A stretch of 64,000 bases of DNA from positions 2,294,001 to 2,358,000 of the forward strand of contig CP154954.1 in NCBI GenBank assembly GCA_039621445.1, written 5' to 3'. Position 1 is the stretch's first letter, and each line of letters starts with the position of its first letter. Positions 36,235-48,051 of the stretch are shown in pieces. The notes beneath the pieces are model-generated. The model saw only the letters and a list, made by a program, of their open reading frames with translations. It did not search any database and was not told the DNA's origin. This DNA comes from Euglena gracilis (Eukaryota). Position numbers and translations under genes: made by a program.

Positions 36235-39200
36235 ATGCCAGCTGCCGAAACCGCCATCGCTAGGGTGGTGGAGCCGGCGGAGGGCAACTCAGCCATGTAC
36301 CAAACTCTGGATGTGCCAGCTGCCTTAACCGCCATCGCTAGGGTGGTGGAGCAGGGCGGATGGTTTCCCAGCCATGAACCAACACTGGAAATGCCAGCTG
36401 CCTTAACCGCCATCGTTAGGGTGGTGGAGCCGGCAGATGGTTTGCCGCCCATATACCCGTCACTGGACATCAACAGGTGGACTGAACTGGAACAAAAACG
36501 GCACAGACATTACAGTGCCACGGACATGCAATGACAGCCCACGTGTCATTGCAATGGTGAACAGGGACCAGGAAGACACCGAACAGACCGGTCCAGCACC
36601 AGAATACAAAGAAAGTGACGAAAACAACGAACCGTACTTCGACCAACAGGTCTTTACACCACAAACATGGTACCAACAGCCAGAAACGGACACTCAGAAC
36701 GACCAAAACTGGCAAACTGCAACAGCACAGCAACCAGGAACCCAGAGTTTTGCACTGGTGGCGGTACGACAGAGCCCGGAACAACCAGACCGCCTCCAGG
36801 GTGAAACTGAAACTTCGTACCAGGAACCATCGTACAGCTCGTACGAGATTCCACAGCCGGAACCACAGAACCAGAACACTGACTGGGACTGGTGGTCGAA
36901 CTTTGCGTACGAAACTGGACAGCTGACCCAGGAATTTCAACAGTTCAGACACAAAACTGAACAGACGAAACAGCAAACGGCGGAAAACTCTGCAGCAGCA
37001 GCTACAACAAACAACGACGGAGTGGGTCAGCGAACTGCACGCCACAGTGAACAGACAGGGTGAGGCACTCATGACAGAAATAAACGGCAGACACGAAGAA
37101 CTGACGACAGTCCTGGCAACAACCCAAGCAAACATGGAACAGCTGACCGTCAACCAGAACAGGCTGTACCAGGAACATTTTAACGGAATGTCACAGCAGA
37201 TCACAGAAATCAGGGAAATGTCTGGCTCACTGGGTGAAAAACTCAGGGAATTTCACAGTTTTCTGCAGATGGCAGGTGGAAACGCACAGAACCAGGGTGA
37301 ACATCTGGTTGGTTTACTACACCGACAGCGAGAAAACGAAAAAACAACTGCAGAACTGCAACAGAGATTGGCTGTGGCAGAAGAACGGGTCGCAGGAATC
37401 ACAGGCGGAGTCCAAACGGTGAACAGCAAAGTGGACGAAACTGTGGCAACAGTGTCCAGAAAAGTTGAAAACCTCAGAGGCGAAATCAGCAGTGTGGTGG
37501 AAAGAATTCAGAAGGACATGGGCAGTGAAATCGGAAATCTGGCAGGACGGGTTCAGCAGCAGGAAACAAAAACGACAACAACCATTCAAAACTGTGATTA
37601 CCTGCACAAAAAACTGGTCGAACTGCAGAAAATCCCAGATCAGCAGCAGCAGATTACACAGCTGAACGAGGAAATCGGCAGACTGAAACGACAAGTGGAA
37701 ACCCTGACCTCCAACGAAGAAAAACACAAACAACGCACTGAACGTCTGAACCTGGAGGTCGGCAACCTGGGTCACAGGGTGGACGAAACAGCCCAAACGA
37801 CTCAAAACCTGCTGGGTGAACTACAAAAAGGGACCATTAAAACGGGAACACATGCCACATCTGAACATGCCAAATGGCTGGAAATGACATCTGCCATTGG
37901 CTCAATGACAACCAGGGTCGGTCAACTGGAAGCAAAACTGGCTGGTCTGACAACAAAAACTGCAGAACGGGAGACACATGACAACGGCATTTGGCAGCAT
38001 TTACATTCTCTGACCACGGAACTGCAAACACAGCAGAAACAGTGGACAGAACAGCTGGTGACCCTGGACAGAAAAATCAGTACTGTGACAAAAACGACTG
38101 AAAACCTGACTGAAAAACTGGAAAGGCAAAACACCCAGCAAATCACAACCCCTAGCCCTAGCCTGGCTGAAATACCCAGACTTTTTGAAAATCTTTGCAT
38201 TTCCTCTCGCCCAGCCTGCACAGGGGCCTTCGGGCCAGAGTCAGGGGCCAGCCCCCTGGCCAGTGGGCCTCCCTCGAGGACCCAGGCTGGACAGCCAGGG
38301 GCAGCCACAACGGCCCAACGAACAGAACCCCCCCAGGGGGCGGACAGGGCCGCGGGCCAACGGGGATCGGGGACCCCACAACCCCAGAACCAGCCCCCAC
38401 CAGCCCCGAGGGGCCAGCCCACAAGACAACACGGGACGGGGACCCTAGAACCCCAGGCCTGGCCAACGGGGATGGGGACCCCACAACCCCTGGCCCAGCC
38501 ACGGCCAGCCCTGAGGGGCCAGCCCGCAGGAAACCAAGGGACGGGGACCCCAGAACCCCTTGCCTGTCGAACGGGGACGGGGACCCCACAACCCCTGACA
38601 GGTATGTTCAGCCAGAGCAGCCAGCACTGGGGGGACGAAACACCACACCCAAAAATGGAAGGAGGAGCTGCAGCACTGGGGACCGTTAACTCGGCTTCCC
38701 TGGTGGGGCAGCTCATCCAACAAGAACTGAAAACTGCCTTGACACCGTTAATTGCCCAACTGACTCGACAAACAGAACGGCCGACTGCAGTCCCGACCAG
38801 CCCAGCTCTTACGACAAACCCGACAAGCCCAGCACCACAGCCAACCCAGCCGACTCAACAGCCAGTGACGACACAACAAAACCCACAGTCCCGGACTCGG
38901 GGCTTGTTCATGTGGGCAGACGAAACCGAAACTCAGAACACAGCCACAACAACCTGGGTGGGACCCCAGATGGGGTCTGCCCAAACTGCCATCCACCACA
39001 TAGGAGAGGAAACAGTGGTGGCACCCGTGGCAACGGCCCCGGCAGCATCCTTCGGGCTGCTGCTGGGTCCAGTGGGCGCGGCAATGACAAAAGACCTGGT
39101 AAGACCAACACTGCAGGGGAATTTCGCAGATTTTGCCGTGAAAAATTTCCGATGTACCTGCAACGTGTGTCAGCCGGTCAGGGATCCCTGACCGATGACC

Positions 39201-40459
39201 TGAAACTGTCACTGCTGGAGGGCAGCCTGGACAGTGCCAGCAAACTGGAACTACAACGCAGACAGGAACGCGGTGAGAAAATAAAATACCAGGAATTTTG
39301 GAACTGGATGTGCCAGAAATACGGTGGAGACACGCAATCAGCCATCAAAGACGAACTGAAAAACCTGAGACCAAAAACGGAAGGAAAACTGACACTGGAA
39401 GCGTGGAGGGAGTTTGAGGCCCATTTCAAACTCCTCTACAGCAGGCTGGAAAATCCATCAGAGGAAGACGCTTACAACCTGGTGGCTGAAAAAATGCCTG
39501 AAACGCAACGCAGAAGCTGCATCAGGGAACAGGACCGCAGAAATCAGGACAGACCGACACTGAAACTGAAAGGGGTCACGAACATTATGAACGTCCCAGA
39601 TGCAACAACGGAAGACATACGAGACCTGGTGGCAGCAACAGTGGGCACAGGTGAAAATTTTCAGGTGGCGCGGGACGGACAAAACTTCAGGATCCAACTG
39701 CACAGCAGCAGAGCTGCTGAACTTCTCCTGATGAAAAACGGTTCAACGCTGCTGACTGGACACAAGCCACAATTCACACAGGTACAGGCCAAACTGACTC
39801 TGGACGAACTGTTCCAACGGGTGGAAACCGAACTCAGGTGCCAACAACAGTCAGACTCCCTGGGTAGGGGGTACAACGGCTGGCAGAACCAACTTCGTGA
39901 AAACAGGTCACGGTCGATGGACCGCAGGGGTTACGTCAGGGAAGTCAAGGAGGAGGAGAAAACAAAATCCAGAAGTCGGACACCACCTTCCAGATCCCGA
40001 CCCAACTCCCCTGGACCTCGAACCCCAACACCCGAAAAACCCAGACCCCCTTCTCCACGCCAGCAGATGCCCATGGCAGTTTCAGAACAGCCTGGCCAGG
40101 GACGGAACACCAACTGGTCAGACTGGGGACAGAACGACTGGGGCAAAGGCAAAGGAAAGGGGAAAGGTCAAAACTGGGGTTCAACCCAAAACTGGAACCA
40201 GAACTGGAATCAGAATTACGGCAAAGGCTACGATTCAGGAAAGGGATACAACTCTGGGAAAGGATACAATTCTGGGAAGGGGAGCGGGAAAGGAAAAGGC
40301 AAAGGGCAGCCACAGCCACAGCCAGCAGCAACGAAAACCGAACCACAGACACAGCAAACCAATTCACAGGAGCCAGCCAACCAGCCACAGGGACAGCCAA
40401 AGGCAGAAGCATCTTCCAGCAATCGCTGGCAGCCAGTTCAAAACACAGAACGGAAGTGA
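36235..40459 (+). CDS. Gag-like ORF1, broken into four overlapping frames
   Basis: ORFs 36034-36534, 36437-37063, 37047-39191 and 38912-40459 overlap end to end with uniform A-rich codon usage. They contain a long coiled coil, a capsid-like helical region (FWNWMCQKYG...WREFEAHF) and a GKG-rich basic tail. The start codon is uncertain. Confidence 0.7.
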
Positions 40460-43400
40460 AGGGGCTGCGGCCTGAGGGTAGGGGACGAGAGGGGCGACTC
40501 TCTGCAGACACAACCGAAACAACCAAACAAAACAAGGGAACCAGGTCCAGAGCCGCAGCGGTCATACACACTGGGTAAGGGAGGTAAGAAAAAACCCCAA
40601 AAGAAAAACATCCTGACAAAAAAACGACTCCACAGCCCAGAACCGAAAAGGGAACAGGTCAGCTGCAGGTTCGGCAGAGCAGCTTCACGGTGGGTGTCTG
40701 AAAACTACCACGTGAAGGAAGAAAAAATGACAGAAATTCTCTCACACTTCGGGGTCCAGCCCCAGCTGGATGCCTTTGCAACGGAAAAAAACAAAAGATT
40801 CCCGCAATGGTGGGGATCGGGCAGCCCAGACGGAACTGACGCCTTTGAAAAAGACTGGCACGGAAAACTGCTGTGGATGAACCCCCCATTCAGCAAAATT
40901 TCACAGGTGGTGAGAAAAATCCAAACAGACGAGGCCCATGCACTCCTCATGGTACCCAGATGGGTTCACAGAAAATGGTACGGAGAAATCAAAAAACTGG
41001 CAGTGATGTCAATGTTCATCCCAGCGGGAACAAAACTGTTCGGACAGGGTGACAAGAACTGCAGGAATACACCGTGGCATGTGGAAGTGTTTTTGGTATG
41101 CGGACACAAAACACGGTGCAAGTACCTACCAGGTTTCCACAAACACTTCACCCCCCTACATCCGACATCCAAGGTGAGGTTCGGCACAGCCCACGAGTAC
41201 CCGCCAGTGGAGGACGAGGTGGAGGGTGGTGAACAAAAACCCGATTTGGGGACAGAAAAACCACAGAAACACATCAGAAAACTGCAGGAGGCAGCCACAG
41301 CGACACCAGAACGGGCCACAGCAGAAAAACCAAAACCAAAAATGCTGGACCTGTTCTGTGGAACAAAATCGGTCAGCAAGGTGTATGAAAAAATGGGTTT
41401 CGACGTGGTGACGGTGGATTCAGACCCCAGGTGGAAAGCGGATTACCAGGTGGACGTACTGGACTGGGACTTCAGAAAACATTTCAAACCTGGCGAATTC
41501 CACACGGTGGTTTGTGGAGTTCCCTGCACAGAATTCAGCATTGCCCTGACGACAAGACCCAGAAACCTGGAAAAGGGAGACAGCCTTGCAAAGAAAGCCC
41601 TGGAAATTGTGGAATTTCTGCAGCCGCAGAAATGGTGGTTGGAAAACCCAAGGTACGGATACCTGGGAAAACGAGATTACATGAAACCGTACCCGTACAT
41701 TGACGTGGATTACTGTCAATACACAGACTGGGGTTACAAAAAACCAACACGAATCTGGGGCAGCCCTGACATCCTGCAGGTACCAGCAAAACGGTGTGAC
41801 GGGAAAACGTGCAAGAACCTGGACCCGAACGGTGGTGGTCACCTGGTGAAACTCAGCAACAAACACAACATTCCAGCCTTCAAAAAATTCAGGATCCCAG
41901 AACAACTGATTCAGGACCTGGCGGGGTTCCACGAACGGCTACGGCAAACTAGCCAAGCCCAGGCCGCGCGGCAACAACCGCTGCAGCAGCCCAGCCCTGC
42001 CCAGACTGCACGACAAAACATGCTCTCACAGCCCAGCCCAGAACTGACAGGTCAACAGCCAAACCCAGATTCAACTGACAAAACAGAACCAGACCAAAAC
42101 ATTCGGCTTCCAAAACGACTGTGTGAACCGGTGTCCAAACTCCTGCTGGGGCAGGTCATCAGCAGAAAGAAAGCAAAACAACTCCTCATCGAAGTCCGAG
42201 CTGTGTTGCCAGACGGCAAAAAAATGTTCCTACAGGCCCTGATTGACACGGGAGCACAGGCAAACCTGGTGAAAAAGAACCTGATTCCCCAACAAACTTT
42301 CAGACGTTCACAAAAACCCTTGGCCCTGATCACAGCGGACGGAACAAGGATGGAAGGAGGACTACACGAAGTCACACTGGAACTGCAGTTTTCATCACGG
42401 GTGCACAACACGGACAGAACAAGGGAATGGTCCACCATTGGAACGTTCCATGACGCCGACATCCAAGTGGATGCCATCCTCGGGTATCCGTGGATGGAAC
42501 AACACCAACTGGGGGTTTTCCCACACCTACAATCATTGGCCCTCATAGGTGAACCACTGCGGCTCCTGTCCAGTTGGCACCAGCTGAAGGAACAAAAACA
42601 CAGGGAACGGAAAATACACCAACTTCAGAAAAACATTTCGGCAGTGCGGGCAATGAATTTGCTGATTCCTGCTGAAGCGGGCCAGGACGAGGAAAAACTG
42701 TTTGAAGACGAAACAACACTGGAAACTCTGGCAAGACAACTTCAGAAATCGGCAAAGAAATCTGACAGGGTTCACGGTGTTGTGGTGGTGCCAGAAGGAC
42801 AGGAAACACAAGGCGAAAAGGTGGCAGAACTGGTGAAAAAACTGCGGCAGGACTATGAAGGAGTGCCTAAAATCTACCCAGACCCCCCAGAACGCGGACC
42901 ACTGGGTTATGGGAAAATCGAACTGAAACCTGGAACAGTGGCAAAAAAGCAAAGACCCATCCACATGACAGGAGAACGCCGACAGGCACTCATCGACATG
43001 GTGGACGAATGGGTTAGGGACCTGAAAGTGGAAGACGGGAGGAGTGACTGGTCCAGCCCCACGTTCGTGGTGGCCAAAAAAGGTGGAAAATGGAGAGGGG
43101 TGGTGGATTTCAGAGCACTGAACGAGGCAACAATCACAGACGCCCATCCCCTCCCTAGGATAGAAGACATCCTAGTTCAACAAGGACAACGGGCCATGTA
43201 CAGTGTACTGGACCTCAAAGACGCGTTCCATCAGGTGCCACTGAGAACAGAGTCCCGACCCTACACCTGCTGCAGCACACCTAAGGGAACAAAACAGTGG
43301 AGAGTGGTGGTCATGGGAATGAAAAACGGTGTACCGATTTTCCAGAGGGTGATTGAGTACAGCCTGGAGGAGGTACAGGACATTGCAAATCCCTACGTGG

Positions 43401-46400
43401 ACGACATAATCGTAGGAACCGTATGGCAGGGGTCAGAAGACAAAACCCTTGAACAACACGACAAGGACATCAGAAGGGTGATGGAGGCACTGAAAAAACA
43501 GCAGCACGTGGCAGACATCAAGAAATGCAAATTTTTCGTGAAAGAGGTTGAATTCTGTGGACACGTGCTGGGTGGTGGACAACGAAAACCAGCACCTGGG
43601 AAACTGATGGCCTTGGAAAAATGGGAGGAACCCAAAACGGTCACAGCCCTGCGGGCATTCCTGGGATTCACAAATTACTACGCCTCATACGTCCCAGGGT
43701 ATGCAGAATTGGCTGCAGACCTAATGGAGAAACTGAAAGTGAAAAAGGGACAAGGAAGAAAGGGAAGCCTGACACCTGTGTTTTTCGGTGAAAAAGAAAG
43801 AACAGCCTTCCAGACCATCAAAGAAAAACTGCTCGGAAGCCTGAAACTGCAAACGGTGAACCCAGACAAACCGTTCATACTCAGGGTGGATGCAAGTGGC
43901 AGAGCCGTAGGTGCGGCTCTGGAACAATTTGCGGAGGACACTGCAGAAAAACCAGACCAAAAAACAGCCATGACCAAAAAAACAGTACCCGTAGCTTTCT
44001 GTTCACGAAAACTGGCACCTGGGCAGGTTCGCTCGTGGTCTCCTAGGGAGAAAGAGACCTACGCAGTGATCCTGGCCCTGCAAAAATGGGCTTCCTGGAT
44101 AGGAATGCAACCGGTACTGGTGTTGACGGACCACAAGTCCATTGAGGCATGGGCAACGGAGGCGCTGGACACCCCCAGTGGACCAGCTGGACGTAGGGCT
44201 AGGTGGCACGAACTGCTTTCGCGGTTCGACATAACCGTTGCATACGTACCTGGCAAAGACAACACGGTCGCCGATGCCTTGAGTAGGTGGGCCTACCCCG
44301 CCTCACAGGCATTCGCCGATGTGAGTATCCACGGGAGTGAGGAGGACGACCGACTCATGAAAGAAATCATCAAACAGGAGGAAAAGGAACAGAAAACTTG
44401 TATGGTGATCAACGTGGCAGACCTGACACAGGCACAAAAACAGCTTCAAGAACCCGTCACTGTGGCCGTCACAACAAGGGGGGGAGCCAAAACGGGTGAA
44501 GATTCGCCCACAGTGCCTGGTTCAACGGAAAGGCCCCGCCCAACGGAAAACGGTGACACCCCTCAAAAAAATTCAAAAACACCTCAAAAACCTGCAAAAA
44601 CGACAAAGAAATGGGTTGTGAAGGAAACGACTGTGGTGGAACCAAGCAAAAAACTGGCAGAAGCAACCCCAAGGGAGACCACGGATGAGGCGGGAAACCT
44701 GATCCGACCAGACCAACCAAAAAACAAAACCCCAGAAAATCCAAACACGGCCGAGGGACCATCCACTGAGGAAGACCCACCAAGGCGAAGACCCCTGGAA
44801 GAGGACCCTGTGGAACCCCTAACAACAACAGATTCAACAAAACAACAGGACGCGCAAGGTGCGTCATCCTCAACGGGGACACCCGTTGGACCTCCATCAA
44901 GGGGAGTGCACGCCCCGGAGCTTCAACAGGGGGAACCGAAAGGGGTGATGGACAAGGAATGGAAGAACGAGTACGAAAGTTGCCCAAGGTGGGGACCTGT
45001 GCTCAAGGACCTGAAGGAAACGGGGTTCAAAAACTGGCCTGACGGGTACCGATTCGACAACGGCAGGCTCTACAAAAACGGTCTCCTGTGTGTACCAAGT
45101 GGGTTGACTGGAAACGTAATTCGGGAACATCACGAGACAGCCGGGCACCCAGGGTCAACCCGACTGTGGGACCAGATGGGGAGGTGGTTTGCGTTTGCGG
45201 ACCATCAGGATGCAAAAAAACTGACAGGCAAAATGATGACCATGTGTGAAACCTGCCAAGCAACAGAACCCAGCCACCTACCATACAAGTGCCCCATTGA
45301 ACCGACACCGATTCCGGCACACCTCATGGACAGTGTTGCCATCGATTTGTTCTCTCTACCTGAAACGACCTTTGAAGGGAAAAAATACGACACGTTGGCG
45401 TTGTGTGTGGACAGGCTGAGTGGGTGGATGGTTGCAACCCCCCACCTGGCCAAGGGACTCACGGCAGAAAAGGTTGGAAAGGACATGTACAAACAGTGGG
45501 GAATTTTTGGGATACCCTCGGTGGTGAGCTCCGACCGGGGCTCCCACTTCACAGCCGGTTGGTGGAAAACACTGTGTGCTGCCCACGGGGTCCGTGTGGC
45601 GTACGGGCAGGCATACCACCACCAAGCCAACGGACGGGCTGAGGTAGCGGGTCAACAAGTCCTCCGAAAACTGGCAAAAAAAAAAAAAAAAAAAGGGGTA
45701 CCCTGGGTTGAACTCCTACCGAACGCCTTGAGGGCCCTACACGACGTCCCAGGTGAAACCGGTTTGTCACCGTACGAAATTGTGTTTGGCAGGCACAGAC
45801 CGTTGGCGGGATTGCCATACCAACCACAAAGGGAAGCGGAAGGGGCCTCAACGTTCTTGGACAGGATGAAGGAACAAGACCAGTGGGTGAGCCTGGTCCT
45901 GAACGAAAAACAACGTGAACGGGCTGAAACGGTGAACCAAAAACGCAGAGAACCACCTGCCTTGGAAATTGGTTCCAAGGTCTGGTATCAACCCGAAAGA
46001 CAGCCTGGTACCGACAAACTCGAACCGAAGTGGAGGGGACCAGCGGTGGTGTTGGAACGGGTAGGACAGCACTCCTATGTGGTTGAACTACGACCTGGAA
46101 ACCGACAACCTGCCCACCGTTCACAACTCAAACCCCACGTGGAGGACCTCTACAGCACAACCCCTGTCCCCCTCTACTTTTGGTCGGGCAAGGCACAGGA
46201 GTTGGAGGTCGGACCTGACGAATGGGAGGTTGACAAAGTGCTGAACCACCGCAGAAAAGACGGAAAACTTCAATTTTTGATTCAGTGGAAAAACTGGGAC
46301 CCGTCTGACACTCAGTGGGAACCCCTGAACCACTTCTTCCTCCGAACAAACAAAGATGTGGTCCAATATTGCAAGAAACGGGACCTGGCTGTGGATGTGA

Positions 46401-46426
46401 GGGAGTTGCTTGATGGGATGGAGTGA
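40460..46426 (+). CDS. pol: Pol polyprotein: Dam-like MTase, C5 MTase, protease, RT, RNase H, integrase, chromodomain
   Basis: Open from 40460 without stops. Motifs: NPPF 40880-40891; LDLFCG ~41345, PC 41522-41527, ENP 41642-41650; LIDTGA ~42245; YVDD 43394; VDASG/TDHKS/ADALSR; H..GH...C..C, AID, SDRG, NGRAE; EWEVDKVLNHR...FLIQWKNW...WEP ~46220-46330. Confidence 0.95.
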   Translation, partial: RGCGLRVGDERGDSLQTQPKQPNKTREPGPEPQRSYTLGKGGKKKPQKKNILTKKRLHSPEPKREQVSCRFGRAASRWVSENYHVKEEKMTEILSHFGVQPQLDAFATEKNKRFPQWWGSGSPDGTDAFEKDWHGKLLWMNPPFSKISQVVRKIQTDEAHALLMVPRWVHRKWYGEIKKLAVMSMFIPAGTKLFGQGDKNCRNTPWHVEVFLVCGHKTRCKYLPGFHKHFTPLHPTSKVRFGTAHEYPPVEDEVEGGEQKPDLGTEKPQKHIRKLQEAATATPERATAEKPKPKMLDLFCGTKSVSKVYEKMGFDVVTVDSDPRWKADYQVDVLDWDFRKHFKPGEFHTVVCGVPCTEFSIALTTRPRNLEKGDSLAKKALEIVEFLQPQKWWLENPRYGYLGKRDYMKPYPYIDVDYCQYTDWGYKKPTRIWGSPDILQVPAKRCDGKTCKNLDPNGGGHLVKLSNKHNIPAFKKFRIPEQLIQDLAGFHERLRQTSQAQAARQQPLQQPSPAQTARQNMLSQPSPELTGQQPNPDSTDKTEPDQNIRLPKRLCEPVSKLLLGQVISRKKAKQLLIEVRAVLPDGKKMFLQALIDTGAQANLVKKNLIPQQTFRRSQKPLALITADGTRMEGGLHEVTLELQFSSRVHNTDRTREWSTIGTFHDADIQVDAILGYPWMEQHQLGVFPHLQSLALIGEPLRLLSSWHQLKEQKHRERKIHQLQKNISAVRAMNLLIPAEAGQDEEKLFEDETTLETLARQLQKSAKKSDRVHGVVVVPEGQETQGEKVAELVKKLRQDYEGVPKIYPDPPERGPLGYGKIELKPGTVAKKQRPIHMTGERRQALIDMVDEWVRDLKVEDGRSDWSSPTFVVAKKGGKWRGVVDFRALNEATITDAHPLPRIEDILVQQGQRAMYSVLDLKDAFHQVPLRTESRPYTCCSTPKGTKQWRVVVMGMKNGVPIFQRVIEYSLEEVQDIANPYVDDIIVGTVWQGSEDKTLEQHDKDIRRVMEALKKQQHVADIKKCKFFVKEVEFCGHVLGGGQRKPAPGKLMALEKWEEPKTVTALRAFLGFTNYYASYVPGYAELAADLMEKLKVKKGQGRKGSLTPVFFGEKERTAFQTIKEKLLGSLKLQTVNPDKPFILRVDASGRAVGAALEQFAEDTAEKPDQKTAMTKKTVPVAFCSRKLAPGQVRSWSPREKETYAVILALQKWASWIGMQPVLVLTDHKSIEAWATEALDTPSGPAGRRARWHELLSRFDITVAYVPGKDNTVADALSRWAYPASQAFADVSIHGSEEDDRLMKEIIKQEEKEQKTCMVINVADLTQAQKQLQEPVTVAVTTRGGAKTGEDSPTVPGSTERPRPTENGDTPQKNSKTPQKPAKTTKKWVVKETTVVEPSKKLAEATPRETTDEAGNLIRPDQPKNKTPENPNTAEGPSTEEDPPRRRPLEEDPVEPLTTTDSTKQQDAQGASSSTGTPVGPPSRGVHAPELQQGEPKGVMDKEWKNEYESCPRWGPVLKDLKETGFKNWPDGYRFDNGRLYKNGLLCVPSGLTGNVIREHHETAGHPGSTRLWDQMGRWFAFADHQDAKKLTGKMMTMCETCQATEPSHLPYKCPIEPTPIPAHLMDSVAIDLFSLPETTFEGKKYDTLALCVDRLSGWMVATPHLAKGLTAEKVGKDMYKQWGIFGIPSVVSSDRGSHFTAGWWKTLCAAHGVRVAYGQAYHHQANGRAEVAGQQVLRKLAKKKKKKGVPWVELLPNALRALHDVPGETGLSPYEIVFGRHRPLAGLPYQPQREAEGASTFLDRMKEQDQWVSLVLNEKQRERAETVNQKRREPPALEIGSKVWYQPERQPGTDKLEPKWRGPAVVLERVGQHSYVVELRPGNRQPAHRSQLKPHVEDLYSTTPVPLYFWSGKAQELEVGPDEWEVDKVLNHRRKDGKLQFLIQWKNWDPSDTQWEPLNHFFLRTNKDVVQYCKKRDLAVDVRELLDGME

Positions 46427-47560
46427 CGCATGTCACATACCCCTGGGCCCCTCACAGACACCGTCACGTCGACACCCTGAACGACCCCGATGCCTACCCC
46501 AACCCTACTAACCTCTATCGATTTGAACCTGTACACCACTGACAAACCGGCCTGACTCAAAACGACAAAACGGGCCTAGGCAGCCCCCCCTGGCCAGCCC
46601 ACCTGAACCCGAACCGCTGGCCAGCCCAACTCGAACCAGCCCAACGGACCTGAACAAGACCCGACCCGACCCGAATTCACTGACCTCAAGTGCCTCTCTT
46701 CTGCCAATCAATCCATTCTTCAATTCTTCATCGTTGTTGTTGTGGGTTGGGACCCCCCCGTGGAGAACGAACCTACCCCCCTGAACTGGGCCAGCCTACC
46801 TGTAAAAAAAAAAAAAACAACCACCAACCCCAGCCGTAGCAGCCAGCCAAAACTGGGCAAACGGTGGAAGGGGAACCTGACTTTGTCCAAAAAACTCGAA
46901 CCTGGCCGACCCCGGGCCACAGGCCTGGGGGGGGGGGGGCGGGGACCCTCCACAGCACCTGACCTCACACAAACCAGCCTACCCCCCAGAAAAACATCAA
47001 AAATACAAAAAAAAACCATTGTCCTTGACCCAGCCTGATTTTTAACCGAAACCCAGCCTGCACCTGATTTTTATTAAAATTCGTCCCCGACCAAAGCCTG
47101 ACCGCTTGGCCTGGGGGGGGGGGCTGGAAGACCCCAGCTGGACCCACCCCCCACCGAACAGACACCAAGCCTAGACACCGAATTGGCTAACCGAACAGAA
47201 AACGGCTGTCTAGGACCCTGACCGTGACAAAACAACTCACCTGGCCTGGGAATAAGAATTTCCTGAAAATTTTAACCGTGGCTGGCGCTTGGTTCACAAC
47301 GGCGCCTGCCCCCCCCCCCCAACGACAAACAGCCCTAGGCGGGCTGGGGGGGGGACAACACACCAGACCCCGCACAGACCCAACTACCCAAAGGAGAACA
47401 TTTGACTCAGCCCCCCGGCCATAAAACGAACCTGAACGGCACAGCCCCCTGAGGGGGGGGACCCTGAACCACAACGGTCCCCTCGCTCACCCCCTCCTCA
47501 CAACGAGTGCACTCCGCACCCCTTCCTGTTGGAGTCGTGAAGAGTTGTAAACAACTCCTT

Positions 47561-47572
47561 CGGGAAGGGGAG
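47561..47572 (+). promoter_or_regulatory. Polypurine tract
   Basis: cgggaaggggag abuts the TG of the 3' LTR. Confidence 0.8.
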
Positions 47573-48051
47573 TGTGAGTCAGGGGTGCTGAGTGCCCAAA
47601 ACAACATAACCTAACCCAACCCAACCTGATGACTCTGCAGTTAGGATTAGGAAAATCTTATTAGGAATTATTAGCAGCTGACCCCATTTGTCTGCACAGG
47701 GCTCTGTCACTGTTTTTGTCTGTTTCAAGTTCAAGTATTGAATTACCCTGGTGGCAATTATCATTCTTACCTTGGACAGTACGTGGTGAATTACATTGGT
47801 GCTGGTTTTGGAATTGCTGAATTGCTTGTATTGTGCTGTTGGTCTTGTGGATTTTTTATCAAAGAAAAGGTGTGAGCCACCCAACTCACCTGTTTTCACC
47901 AAAAAGACCCACCAAAACAAAAGAAAATGCAATTTTTAAAACAAGCCGCGAGGGGAATTGAAAACACATTGGGCAGGGTTAAAGATCCTACGCAACGGGG
48001 TGCCGGCCCCGAGGAACTGGAAACTCGAGGGCGGGCACCACGGTTACAACA
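47573..48051 (+). repeat. 3' LTR
   Basis: tgtgagtcagg...ggttacaaca with TG...CA ends; direct repeat of 35629-36121. Confidence 0.92.

Larger units (their letters stand above)
35629..48051 (+). mobile_element. Ty3/Gypsy LTR retrotransposon with chromodomain and two DNA methyltransferase domains
   Basis: Two ~480-490 bp LTRs, PBS, PPT, a gag-like region and pol in PR-RT-RH-IN-CHD order. Confidence 0.95.

Noticed and set aside
45676-45693. 18-A run (poly-Lys) in the integrase as a recoding signal
   Set aside because: The frame is preserved; more likely homopolymer expansion or consensus error.
46427-47560. env-like ORF downstream of pol
   Set aside because: Only short low-complexity ORFs, with no signal peptide or transmembrane pattern.
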